Part shown: in pieces, positions 1-12,280 of the stretch
Position numbering within the stretch: the stretch's first letter is position 1
Layout: the number at the start of each line of letters is the position of its first letter
NCBI GenBank assembly: GCA_030324005.1
Contig: JARDVH010000025.1
Span: forward strand, 40,164,836-40,228,835
Direction of reading: 5' to 3'
DNA length: 64,000 nucleotides
DNA from: Negaprion brevirostris
Taxonomy: Eukaryota
The notes under the pieces: generated by a model
The model's database searches: none
Told to the model about the DNA's origin: nothing
The model's input: only the letters and a program-made list of their open reading frames with translations
Position numbers and translations under genes: made by a program

Positions 1-710
1 ATGATTTGGGTACATTAGCAGATGGATGTTTTAGCAAGTGGTCACTTTTTTCACCAGTTCAAAAAAAATCTACAAAACACAGCATGACTGTGTTGTGCAA
101 GAAGAGGGATGATGAGAACAAAACATTTCTTCACACTCTGCACCAAGCAACAGTATTCAAAAACCTTCAATGTCAAGAACAGTTTGCACTCTGGTCATAA
201 CCAAATCTAAAAGGACTCCTTCCAAATCCACGTCACTTGTGTCAGGGACCTAGAATTCTAAAAACAGATCAACTTTTACGCCCGACAAGTTAAATATACA
301 CTTATTGGATGAAAACATAGCTGCAATGGTTGCTTCACACTAGAAGAATTACAAACTTGTATTAATTATAGAGCTTTTCAAATCATCAGGACATCCAAAA
401 GTGACTTCCAACGAATTAATTAGTTCTGATATGTAGTCACTACTGTTTTGTAACTAAGCACAGCAAACAGCAAGGAGATAAATGACTCGTTAATCTATCT
501 TCTGCCAGTAAGTCTCATTGAAAGCTAAACACTCACAGTTGAACTCCCTGTCCTTCATCAGATTGTACAGGGCACTGATTCTAGCTGCAAATTGGCACTT
601 ATGACAGTGCAGCACTCCCTCAAAACTGCAATTAATTTTCACTTTCAGAGTGTTTTTCTTTAAACTTTGGGCACATAGGTTAATTGTAAAGTATGTTATT
701 TTAGAGCAAC

Positions 711-1032
711 ACAGTGGCACAGTGATTAGCATTGCTGCCTGTCAGCGCCAGGAACCCAGATTCGATTTCTGGCTTGGGTCACTGTCTGTGTGGAGTTTGC
801 ACATTCTCCTGTGTCTGCATGGGTTTTCCTTGGGTGCTCCAGTTTCTTTCCACAGTCCAAAGATATGTAGGTTAGGTGAACTGACCATGATAAATTGCCC
901 CTTAGTGTCAGGGGGACTAGCTATGATAAATGCATGGGGTTATGGGAATAGGGCCTGGGTAGGATTGTGTTCAGTGCAGACTTGATGTGTTGAATGGCCC
1001 CCTTCTGCACTATAGGGATTCTAGATTCTATG
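711..1032 (+). mobile_element. tRNA-derived V-SINE/HE1-like SINE, tail type A (CR1-like)
   Basis: A/B-box-like head, central gtggagtttgcacattctcc...cccacagtccaaagat domain, tail aatggcc..ttctgcact..gggattcta. Confidence 0.85.
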
Positions 1033-1348
1033 TTTTCATATCCTCTCTTTACCATTTTATAAGTTACCATTAACATATTGCTCAAGGAAACTTACACAAT
1101 TACAAAAATGCTAATTTACTAATTTGAGATGTCTGGTACACTTTTAACCTTTGACAGGAGTTAAAAGTGCAGACTCAATGAGCTGAATGGCCTCCTGCAC
1201 TGTGAAGATTCCATAATTCTGTATTGCTTTCATTTCTTATCATGGTACGGAGAACTCACTATCAAAGTAGCAAAAGAGCATAAGACTTCACAGTTTGAAT
1301 CTCTAGAATGTCACAGCAATGAGAAACTAGTGTTTCTGCTTTGGTTAC

Positions 1349-1526
1349 CTTGTTGTTTCAGTTGTGTCTTTTTCTTTCTGCTGGTAACTTTCAGAAATTC
1401 ATCTGAAAGCAGTTCTGCAGCAGTGGCGCGCTTGTCGGGTTCTGGTTCAAAGCAGCGGAGTATGAAGTCCTTCGCCTCTGGTGACATTGATTCTGGAATG
1501 TCTGGATGTATTTTAAACATTCCAAC
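1349..1526 (-). CDS. MAP3K5: MAP3K5 coding exon (approx. exon 20), [59 protein letters not shown]
   Basis: End of the kinase C-lobe; acceptor ccacctttgcAG; most plausible donor CAAG|GTAACC (this boundary is less certain); 178 nt. Confidence 0.9.
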
Positions 1527-3212
1527 CTGCAAAGGTGGCAAAAATGAGTCAGAACAGCACAGCATACTAGCGCATCAAAGAAGTAGAAGTATTTACCTCT
1601 TAGCACAGGATGGGAACGCTGTGAAACAATTGCCAAATTAAAAAGTGCTTTGATGTGACTTACTCATTGATTCATAAGCTTTAGGCAAAATACATTTTGG
1701 AAGTATTTAATGAGAGTTAACTTTCATATCAAAACAGTTTACTAGATGAACTAAAGGATCTGAATTTAGAATGCTGTTAATTGGTATTGTCCCAGTACAT
1801 TAAGCAAAAGTCACAAGATTAATTGACATTCAGCTGTGGCTAAAATTGAGTATTTAATTAGTATACTGACTGTGTGAACTTCATAATTCTAAGATGCTCC
1901 AAATCCAGGGATATGTTTGGATGAACGTACATCCATGAATATCAATGTGATAGAGGAGAAAGGGACAGAAAGAGCCACATGATGTCAAAATGGAATTAGT
2001 TCTGTGTAATGTCCCCTGCTGTCTTGGTCCAATGTGACGTCTCAGTTATGCCACTGAGATGACACAGGATGCATTGCCCTGTTTCGGTTCGGTAGATTGC
2101 CTTGAGGAGCTTTGACAAATTGAGGGCACACAGCTACCAGAGCACTGAGGATTGTGAGTTGTTCCTGCCACTACCAGGCTTCTGTGATGACTGCAATGAT
2201 GCAGAGATATTGCAAAAGGCTATGCCTTCTGACATGAGACAGTGAACGCACTCATCCAAGTAGCGCCTTGCCTGTGATACCCACTGAGAGTAATGAGGTC
2301 GATGCTGCCAGTGAAGGCCGTTGTAAGTCAAGGTGCCATGAGCACTGTTTGATGAAAGATAAGTGAACAAACCTCAAAATCACAAGCAAAGTGCTGGTCG
2401 CCAGATACACATTGCTATATATCACTGTGAAATACGTCAGTCTAATTAGACGCTGACATGGCCTCTTGGTCTAGTGTCAAGGGGGATGATGTTACAGTAA
2501 GTCGGCTTTATAATGAGTATTCAATCACATTTTAAATGTGTTCAAATGGCTTTCCTGACATTATATGCCCGATTCTCCCATACTGACGTGCATGTTTTGT
2601 GGCGTGTCAGGTTGGGAGATGCATGTTGGCTATTTTGGGGGATTCGGGATACATGCACGCCTTTCACAGCCGGAGAACAGGTACAGTCAAGATGGAAACC
2701 AGTGGGATGACAAGGTAAGTGATTTAAATCTATTTTAAATGTGATTATTGGGCCCGGCACTGAGTCCTCCAGTCCTGATTGCAATTCCCACCACGCCGAG
2801 AGCATTTTACTCCAGCAGGGTTTGGAGTAGCTCCCAACCTTTGGCGAACTAGTGAGACACCCCACTGGAGTGAAGGGGGGTTCCCCTTCGGGGGCGGGGG
2901 GGAAGGTAGTGTCAGTGCCCCTGGGCATGGGAACCCAGAGGTGCCAGCTTGTGCCCCTTGGCACTGCCCAAGGGGCAGAGTGCCCATGCCCAGGGGACAC
3001 CTTGGCACTGCCCATTGAGCATCAGGCAGTGCCAAGGGGCTGATCGATGGGCGTTAGGGTTCCCGCTGCAACTCTGCAGATAGAATTGGTTGGGGTTGGA
3101 GGGAGGCCAGTGNNNNNNNNNNNNNNNNNNNNNNNNNNNNNNNNNNNNNNNNNNNNNNNNNNNNNNNNNNNNNNNNNNNNNNNNNNNNNNNNNNNNNNNN
3201 NNNNNNNNNNNN

Positions 3213-3511
3213 GGTCCTGGGTTCGATTCCCAGCTCGGGTCACTGTCTGTGTGGACTTTGCACATTCTCCTCGTGTCAGCGTGCGTTTCCTGCGGGTACT
3301 CTGGTTTCCTCCCACAGTCCAAAGATGTGCAGGTTAGGTTGCTTGGCCATGCTAAGAAATTGCTCCTTAGTATTCAGGATGCGTAGGTTAGTGGGATTAG
3401 TGGGTAAATACGTAGGGATATGGGGGTAGGGCCTGGGTGGGATTGTGGTTGGTGTAGACTCGATGAGCCAAAGGGCCTCTTTCTGCACTGTAGGGTTCTA
3501 TGATTCTATGA
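3213..3511 (+). mobile_element. V-SINE/HE1-like SINE, tail A (5' end in gap)
   Basis: Same body; ends in ttctatgattctatga. Confidence 0.85.
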
Positions 3512-3917
3512 TAACCTAGATTTCTGTGCTCATGATGTTTCCCACTTCCATCTGTCATGACACCTGCCACGGGTGGGAGTGAAAAATCCCAGTCTGTTTT
3601 GGATAATTTTTGGGAATGGAATGCTGGTGATTCTCACTTGTATGCGGATATTCAAAAATAATCAAAACAACAAGAAAAATATTCTTTCCCCAGTGTATAC
3701 AGTTGCAATTGTTCATCATTTTCTTCACCTTTATTCTGATTTTATTCAAATGAAAATTCATATTCAGTTCTGAAAGAGAGCTGGAGCCTGCACTGTTAAT
3801 TTAGCTATGGTCACCAACAATGCTGAATATTTACTATGTATATGCTTCTTCTGTTTATTTTGTATAAACCTCTGAGTTTTCACAAGTTGGAATAGCTTGT
3901 ATGCTAACCCACATTCA

Positions 3918-4133
<216 letters not shown>

Positions 4134-4699
4134 TCAGCAGTTTGCTTGGACCTTAGAATTTTTCTCAGGATGCGGCCAATGTGGTAAAGGCTGTACTTGT
4201 TGTCCACTTTGTTGTCCTAAATTTAACAATTCTAATTACCCACTAGCAAACTGAAGGCAGCATCATGGGTCAACCACGTGGTATGGAGTAAAGTCACATT
4301 CAGATATGCTAGGTGAGACACACATGCACACAATATCTATCAAAAATAGCATGTGGTCTCCAGATACCTGGCAGTGGTTGTAAATGTAACGTCACATGAT
4401 GGATTGAGAAGAATGGCATAGCACCTAATGTTTTCTCGTAGCCCAGCCATTGCCACTGTAGTATATAAAGACGTGGTCAATTCAGCATGCAGTTGCAGAT
4501 TCTGGGCACCAAGTGTCACTGTGAATTAGACAAGGTTCTTGGAGGTATCCACCATGTTGCTATAGGTAATTAAATGAAGACTTTTAATTTTCTCTGTTAA
4601 ACACAAAATTTCATGCACATCATTCAAAACTTTGCAGTCCTCTCTCCCACTCTACAAGATCACACCTTGTCCCCACCTCCGAACAGACTTTCATAATAT

Positions 4700-4992
4700 T
4701 TAGTTGTGTGTGTCACAAGTAGGTCTACATTAACACTGCATTGAAGTTACTGTGAATACCCTCTAATTGCCACACTCTGGCGCCTGTTCGGATACACAGA
4801 GAATTTAGCACAGCCAATGCATTTAACCAGCACATCTTCGGACTGTGGGAGGAAACTGGAGCACTGGAGGAAACCCATGCAGACATGGGGAGAATGCGCA
4901 GACTCCACACAGACAGTGACCCAAGCTGGGAGTCAAACCTGGGTCCCTGGAGCTGCGAGGCAGCAGTGTTAATCACTGCACCGCCATGCCAC
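4700..4992 (-). mobile_element. V-SINE-like SINE, tail type B
   Basis: Same head and body on the minus strand; tail cacagtaacttcaatgcagtgttaatgtagacctacttgtgaca. Confidence 0.85.
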
Positions 4993-5062
4993 CCCATGGG
5001 CTTGTAGGGACCTTCAAAAGCTCTAGAATGCAACTTGTTCAGCTGTCACAACCCATTAGGCA

Positions 5063-5192
5063 TGCTGTGGAGATGCTGGGGTTGGACTGGGATAAACACA
5101 GTAAGTCTGACAACACCAGGTTTAAGTCCAACCGATTTATTTGATGGTAAACTCGCAAGCTTTTGGGGTTTGCCCCTTTGTCAGGCGAACTC
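5063..5192 (-). mobile_element. Penelope-like fragment with decayed hammerhead
   Basis: Minus strand reads TTCGC-CTGACAA-A-GGGG(CAAA)CCCC-AAAA-GC-TT-GCGAG, then the family tail; another tail copy at 9243-9288 next to a gap. Confidence 0.55.
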
Positions 5193-5319
5193 TCCAAATT
5201 AAATGAATGAATTTTTAAAAAGCCCAGTGGATCATACTTACTGAACAAATACAAGGCCAATTTTCTCCTGATATACAGGTTTTTAAAAAAAATTCTTTCC
5301 TCCCTAATTGCACTTGGGA

Positions 5320-5678
5320 ATTGGCAGTGAGCTGCCTTTTTGGATAGCTGCAGTCCCCATATGGTGCAGGTGCACCCACAGTGCTTAATTTGCTCGGCCA
5401 TTTCAGAGGGCATTTAAGAGTGAATCACATTGTTGTAATTTTAGAGTCATATCTAGGCCAGACCAAATAAGGATATCAGTTTTCCTTTCCTAAAGGCATG
5501 AATGAACCAGATGGGTTTTTATGACAATTGACAATGGTTGCATGGTCATCAGTAAATTTGTAGATTCTTAATTCCAGATATTATTGCCATGGTGGGTTTC
5601 GAACCTGGATTCCCAGAACATTACCTTGGGCCTCTAGTTACTAGTTCAGTGACAATACCATCATGCCACCGCCTCCCC
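5320..5678 (-). mobile_element. Second tRNA-derived SINE family
   Basis: tRNA-like head on the minus strand (gggaggcggtggcatgatgg...ggttcgaaacccacc); body shared with 29160-29345. Confidence 0.6.
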
Positions 5679-6587
5679 GATTGCAAATTGTCATGCTGTG
5701 TCTTGGTGTAAAATATTGCCAAATGTTCTCAAACTACAGCACATAATAATCCAACGACAGAACCATTTTGTTCAACCTTACGAAGGAATATTATAGCCAA
5801 CAGTACATTCCAGAGTTTCAGTCGACTAGTTCATGAACCTTGAGTTTGCTCAACATTAATCGCAGACAGAAACGTGGCTGTATTTTTTACTTTTAGAAGT
5901 CAAACCTCATTACCTTAAGGCAACAAACGTGCAGCAGAGAGGAGTGGGGGCTGGGGGGGTCATAATTTCTGAAGACAAGTGTAAGGAACAAAATGTTCCT
6001 GCTGCAAACGTTCCTACAAATCAAGAGATTCTGGTGGCAATCTAATCATGGCCTATCATACAGGCCAAGGCTGAAGATTTCCTCTGTGATTTGTGGCTGA
6101 CAAACCTGTAAACTGCTTCATAAAGGAAAGGTTTATAATTCTGTTCCAGATGGTGTAGAGAGGAAATCCTCCAGTACAAAATGCTTTTCTTTTTGTGCAA
6201 AGATCCTAAAGTAAACAAAGTTAACATTTACACATTTTAAATTTAAGAATCAAAATGACTGAAGGGGTGCTTGTGTCATTGCGTGAATCATTGGTAGAAA
6301 GCACTTTGTTGAAACAGTGTACGAATCAATCCCTAATTTGGGGATTTTAGGACTCTTGTCCATCACCATTATGAACAGAAGGGGGCAACTGACAATATTT
6401 AATGAAAAACCCCATAACATTTAAAATAAGAGTAACTCTCCACAAAATAAAGGTACTTTATTCCTCTTCATAATCTACAAACACATCAGCTAATACCATG
6501 CACTCCATTCTGTATTCAGCACATCTACAATACAATTCTTGGCAGTAATACAGAACAGAAGACAAGAAGCCCAGAAATATAATAAAA

Positions 6588-6953
6588 TCAAAATGCCACG
6601 GATGCTGGAATCTCAAACAAAAACAGAAAATGCTGAAAAATCTCAGCAGGTCTGACAGCATCTGTTGGAAAGAGCCTAGAGCCAATGTTGAGTCTGGATG
6701 ATCCTTCATCGGAACCCAGAAACACTGGAATTTTCAAACAAATGAGGTTCATAGAAACAAAGATTCTTTGAATTCCTATCAAAAACGCTTTTTGATGTGA
6801 AGCAATGGCAGCTGCACTTTCTGACCTAGAACAATAATCCAGCAATTGGCTAGAAATCATGAATTATTGAGGCTCACTGACCTGAAACTAACTCAGTTTT
6901 TCCCTGTGCAGATTCTGCCTGTACAACTGAGCATTTCCAGCATTTTCTGCTTT
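6588..6953. mobile_element. Second Penelope-like/short retroposon family, two fragments in opposite orientation
   Basis: 6590-6715 (cagaaaatgctgaaaaatctcagcagg...ccttcatcgg) and 6870-6953 (ctgagcatttccagcattttctg) are complementary; degenerate CCGATGAAGG core on the minus strand. Confidence 0.45.
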
Positions 6954-7256
6954 GATATCAAATTCTGTGCTCAGATTTGCAGCTGCCTGCAACATTTAAT
7001 TTCTACACCAATGCTCTGGAGAATGTATCAGTAATCAGGAGGTAATTTAGGAAAGAATGAAGGAAAACTTTATGAAGAAACTGCACAAATGTATTTTAAA
7101 ATATTTATGCTCAGCTTAACGCTTTGTTTCTTTTCTGTATTACAAACCCTGTGCTGTGCATAGTACTAAAATTAAAGAAGGCACATGCAGACAACTAGCT
7201 TTCGAGCCACTGCCTGCATACTCTTCAACTGGCCAAGAAATGGTGGGTAAAAATGA

Positions 7257-9044
7257 CATTGATTTCATTTATTATCGCCACATGTATTAGTCTACAGTGA
7301 AAAGTATTGTTTCTTGTGCACTACACAGACAAAGCTAAGGAAAGATGGTACAATGGTTAGCACTGTGGCTTCTCAACGCCAACGACCCTGGTTCAATTCT
7401 GGCCTCAGGTCAATTCTCCCCGTGTTTGTGTGGATTTCCTCCGTTTTCCTCCCACAGCCCAAAGATGTGTGGGTTAGGTAGATTGGCCATAATAAATTGC
7501 CCCTTAGTTTCAGAGGGATTAACAGAGTAAATACTTGGGATTTAAGGGATAGAGCCTGGGTGGGATCATTGTCAGTGCAAGCTTGATGGGGCCAAATGGC
7601 CTCCTTCTACACTGTAGGGCTTCTATGATTTTTATGATTCTATGAAAGAGAATGCAGAATGTAGTGTTACAGTCATAACTAGGGCGTAGAGAAAGATCAA
7701 CTTAATGCAAGATAGGTCCATTCAAAAGTCTGACAGCAGCAGGGAAGAAGCTGTTTTTGAGTCGGTTATTAAGTGTTGTCAGACTTTTGTACCTTTTCCC
7801 GATGGAAGAGAGTATGCCCGGGATGTGTGGGGACTTTAATTATGATGGCTACTTTTCCAAGGCAATGGGAAGTGCAGACATTGTCAACAGTGGGAGGTTG
7901 GTTTGAGTGATGGACTGGCTTTCGTTCAAGACCCTTTGTAGTTTCTTGCAGTCTTGGACAGAGCTGAAGCCATACCAAGCTGTGANNNNNNNNNNNNNNN
8001 NNNNNNNNNNNNNNNNNNNNNNNNNNNNNNNNNNNNNNNNNNNNNNNNNNNNNNNNNNNNNNNNNNNNNNNNNNNNNNNNNNNNNNNNNNNNNNNNNNNN
8101 NNNNNNNNNNNNNNNNNNNNNNNNNNNNNNNNNNNNNNNNNNNNNNNNNNNNNNNNNNNNNNNNNNNNNNNNNNNNNNNNNNNNNNNNNNNNNNNNNNNN
8201 NCTTATTGAATGGCGGGGCAGGCTGGAAGGGCTAGATGGCCTACTCCTGCTCCTATTTCTTATGTTCTTATGTTCTTGAGGGATTATTGTCATCGCATCA
8301 GTTCACCAGCTTCTCTATCTCTTTCCTGTACACCGTCTCATTATTGTTTGAAATCTAACCATAATGGTAGTGTCATTAGCAAACTTGAAAAATTGAGTTG
8401 GAGGGGAATTTGGCCACACAATCAATCATCGGTGTATAAGAAGTATAGTAGGGGACTGAGGACACAACCTTGCGGTGCACCAGTGTTGAGGATGATCATG
8501 CAGGAGGTGTCATTGCCTATCTTTACTGATTGCACTCTGGGGTTAGGAAGTTCAGGATCCAGTCACAGAAGGAGGAGCTGAGACTCAGGCCGTGGAATTT
8601 GGGGTTGAGTTTCGTAGGAATAATGGTGTTGAATGCTGAGCTGTAGTCGATAAATAGGAGTTTGACATAGATGTCTTTGTTATCTAGGTGTTCCAGTATT
8701 GACTGCAGGGCCAGGGAGATGGCGTCTGCTGTGGATCCGGCGCTGATCAGCTGGCGGGATTATTTGTGGATCCAGGCCATCTGGGAGGCCAGACTTGATT
8801 CGTGCCATGACTAACCTTTCGAAGCACTTCATAAATGATAGATGTCAGAGCCACCGACTGATAGTCATTAAGGTATGCTGCTTGACTTTTCTTTGGCACC
8901 AGGATGATGGTCATCTTCTTGAAGCAGATAGGGAGCTCAGATTGTTGTGAAGAGAGGTTGAAGATGTCTGCGAATAATCCCGCCAGCTGATCAGAGCTGG
9001 ATCGGAATGCTTGTAAGTATACTCAGTCCAGGCCCGTCGCTTTC
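7257..9044 (-). mobile_element. Rex1/Babar-clade LINE remnant (RT and 3' end), interrupted by a SINE and a CR1 insertion
   Basis: Minus strand encodes LNTGAPQGCVLSPLLYFLYT and KFANDTT (RT motifs); its 3' UTR recurs at 48460-48760 and 61113-61325. Confidence 0.75.
7345..7644 (+). mobile_element. V-SINE/HE1-like SINE, tail A, nested in the Rex/Babar LINE
   Basis: Family body and tail; LINE sequence resumes on both sides. Confidence 0.85.
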
Positions 9045-9649
9045 NNNNNNNNNNNNNNNNNNNNNNNNNNNNNNNNNNNNNNNNNNNNNNNNNNNNNNNN
9101 NNNNNNNNNNNNNNNNNNNNNNNNNNNNNNNNNNNNNNNNNNNNNNNNNNNNNNNNNNNNNNNNNNNNNNNNNNNNNNNNNNNNNNNNNNNNNNNNNNNN
9201 NNNNNNNNNNNNNNNNNNNNNNNNNNNNNNNNNNNNNNNNNNGGTTGGACTTAAACCTGGTGTTGTCAGACTTCTTGCTGTGTTTCACTGGGCAGCACAC
9301 GTGGCAAAACAATGACTAATAATGGAACTAGTTTAAGTATCGGCTCTGAACATACATCCTGCCACACCCTAGACATAACAAATTGAAGCACATATTACTT
9401 AGATCATGATTTTTAAAAAAAGAGACAGTCTCAAGAGTAACTAGAGATGGGCAATAAATGCTGGCCTAGCCAGTGTGACCCACATCCTGTAAATGAAATT
9501 TAAAAGAATTTTACTATAATCTCACAATTTGGCTTTATTATGAATGCAGTTCTCTCATTACTTCCTAGATTAAGCAACACTGGAACAAAGCCACTATACA
9601 AGTACGCAAGAGCTTGTTAATCTGAATGTAACAATTATACAACCATCCA

Positions 9650-10022
9650 AATTACAGCAGAAATAAGCCACTTGGCCCTTTAGGCCTATTTTACCATTCA
9701 ATAACATTATGGTTGATTTGATTGTAACTCAACTTCACATTCTGCCTACTCCTGATAAACATGTGGGTGAAAGATTATCAGGAATCTATCTTTATCTGCC
9801 TTAAAGATATTGAAAGGCCCTGCCTCAACCACCCTTTGAGGAAGAGAAGTTCGAAGTCTCTCAACCAGCTGAGAGAAAAGACTTTTCCTCATCTCTGTCC
9901 TAAATGGGCGACCCTTTACTTTGAAGCGATGACCCCCAGTTCTAGATTCGCCCATAGGAGGGAACATCCTTTCCACATCCACCCTGTCAAGTCCCCTCAG
10001 GATCTTATATGCTTCATTCAAG
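9650..10022 (-). mobile_element. CR1-clade LINE 3' fragment
   Basis: Translation YKILRGLDRVDVERMFP...TGGHRFKVKGRPFRTEMRKSLFSQ, typical of the CR1 ORF2 C-terminus. Confidence 0.8.
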
Positions 10023-11242
10023 TTGCTATTGTAAAGATGAACCATGCACAGGAAAATGAATCAGAGAAACATTCACTGAACCTTACAGCCCAGGAGGCGG
10101 CCATTTGGGAGACAGGGAGTCTGCTAAGGCAAGCAGCCCGTCAGGTATTCCTTTCAACTCGTAATGGCTGGGATATTTAGTAGTCTTTGAGACCCAGCCG
10201 TATTCCAGATGATGGATATACATTCTCTATTGAAGACCTGGTGGATAGTAAGGATCATGTGACTTAGGCCTCAGAGATATACAGTTCAGCAAAGCAATAT
10301 TACTTGTTTCACAAGCCAATCTGCTGTATTAACATTTGACTAATAGGCCACATAGGAGCAGCTCTGGCCAGGCTGGACTCCCATCTACCTTACTTCTGTT
10401 GGAAGTCCAATGTCATCACACACAAACTGACTTCTCATCTTGAGAGGTCAACACAACTGGAAAAGTGACTTCTTTATCACTGGTTTCAGTCCACTGGCCT
10501 CTTAAGGAACATTGCATTGGACTCTGATTCTGGATATAGGGACTCAAATGAACCAATACTTAGTTTTTCTGTGGTCTCCATATTGTAAAATCTTCATTTC
10601 TCTAACCCTCTATTTTTCTATCTGAGCATGGAGATAATTTTACAATCCCTCCTTCCCACATTTTGAGTACGTGCAAATAAACTAAACCTTTGAGTGCATC
10701 CTATCTCGAGTCTGCTGTGGGGTTATTAACAGAAAATTGGATCACACAAAAAACTGAGGGGTTGGGGAAATATACCATCATTTATTAATAAGGAAACCAA
10801 TCTAAACATCTTATGTTTACAGTAAGATGCCGTTAACCCCATTCCTGTTTGTAACGTACGCAATAAATATCAGTAGTGAGTAGGTCAATAAATGCAGCTT
10901 TAAGGACATGAGCAAATATAGACAAAAAGCCTGAAAAGTTGCTGCTTCTGCTTTTCTTGTCCTCCCACAAACTGTTCCTCCACCTCAAAATCCAGAAGCA
11001 TTGTTGGACCTCGCAAAGTGCTTCCCCTCAGTAACATGTATATTATGTCACAGTTAAGAGTTTAAGCAATTGACATATGCTGTTGTATCTGTACATTGAA
11101 CGAAATAATACAGCAAAATAGTTCAGTCAAAATTATATTTTGTCAGGATAAATGCAGGCCACATAATTAAACAAGTTCCTCAGGCTACTCAGGTTAGCCT
11201 TGGATTTGGCTAGGTTCAGGTTAGATGATTTATTCATTAGAA

Positions 11243-11745
11243 CATAATAGGAGCAGGAGTAGGCCACCTAGCCCTTCGAGCCTGCCCCACCATTCAATAA
11301 GATCATGGCTGATCTGAAGTGGATCANNNNNNNNNNNNNNNNNNNNNNNNNNNNNNNNNNNNNNNNNNNNNNNNNNNNNNNNNNNNNNNNNNNNNNNNNN
11401 NNNNNNNNNNNNNNNNNNNNNNNNNNAATTTTGATAAATAATTACTAAGGCATCTGCTATTACTTCTGCCATTTCTTTCAGAACCCTGGGATGCATTCCA
11501 TCCAGTCCCGGGGACGTGTCTACCTTCAGAGCACTATCCCTCTAGTGACAGTAATTGTATTAAGGACCTCATCTCCTATCATCCCTCTATCTTTAATATT
11601 CGGTAAGCTCTTTGTGTCCTCCTCCATGAAGACCGACACAAAAACTTATTTAATGTCTCAGCCATTTCCTTGTTACCCACCGCTAAATCCCCCTCTCGTC
11701 CTCCAAGGGTCCAACATTCACTCTAGCCAGTCTCCTCTTCTTTAT
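11243..11745 (-). mobile_element. Young CR1-clade LINE (3' tail plus ORF2 part, middle in gap)
   Basis: HPRVLKEMAEVIADALVIIYQN; its tail gatcagccatgatcttattgaatgg..ggcaggctcgaagggctag..ggcctactcctgctcct also occurs at 8202-8276, 14535-14616, 17233-17307 and 36028-36245. Confidence 0.8.
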
Positions 11746-12174
11746 AATCCTGTCTTATTACACTTCCAACTAGTTTAGACTGTCTAATGATCAAAATCAC
11801 ATTGAGATATGGAAGGTACAAACTGAATTCACCAGCAGTACAGTAGTATGTAATATGTAGTTTTCAGGGTGGAGCTGAACAAATTGTTAACATAATCCTG
11901 AACATTAACATTTCACAATGCATCTGTACTGTGCATTTTGCGAATACAGGCAGGATGTTGATGAGGTAAACTGCAGTGATAGCAACTTCATTCTGTGGTA
12001 TAACCTTATGTTGAAAAAAAAACAGCATGTCACCTTTAACAGCAGTTTCTAAATGAGTGTTTCACTTCCTCACTTATTCTTCTAACTCAGATTTGAAATA
12101 ATTACTTTATGACATTTCTTGGTAATTACAGCACTTGTGCTGTATGAAAACAACACAGTTCCAATGTTTCATAC

Positions 12175-12280
12175 CTGTGAATGTTTCAGCGCATGGATTG
12201 ATTCCTGCAAGTCTTTTTGAGGTACCAAAATCTGATATTTTCAAGATTCCACTGTAGGTGTTTATCAGCACATTATCACC
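12175..12280 (-). CDS. MAP3K5: MAP3K5 coding exon (approx. exon 18), [36 protein letters not shown]
   Basis: DFG motif and activation loop; acceptor ttctttccccAG, donor CAG|GTATGA; 106 nt. Confidence 0.97.

Noticed and set aside
650-985. Recurring ORFs containing SQLGSLSVWSLHIL-type peptides
   Set aside because: Chance translations of SINE copies, not genes
2030-2510. Unique-looking intronic stretch as a candidate hidden exon or conserved element
   Set aside because: No recognisable coding similarity, and the flanking kinase exons join in frame without it; conservation cannot be judged from one sequence
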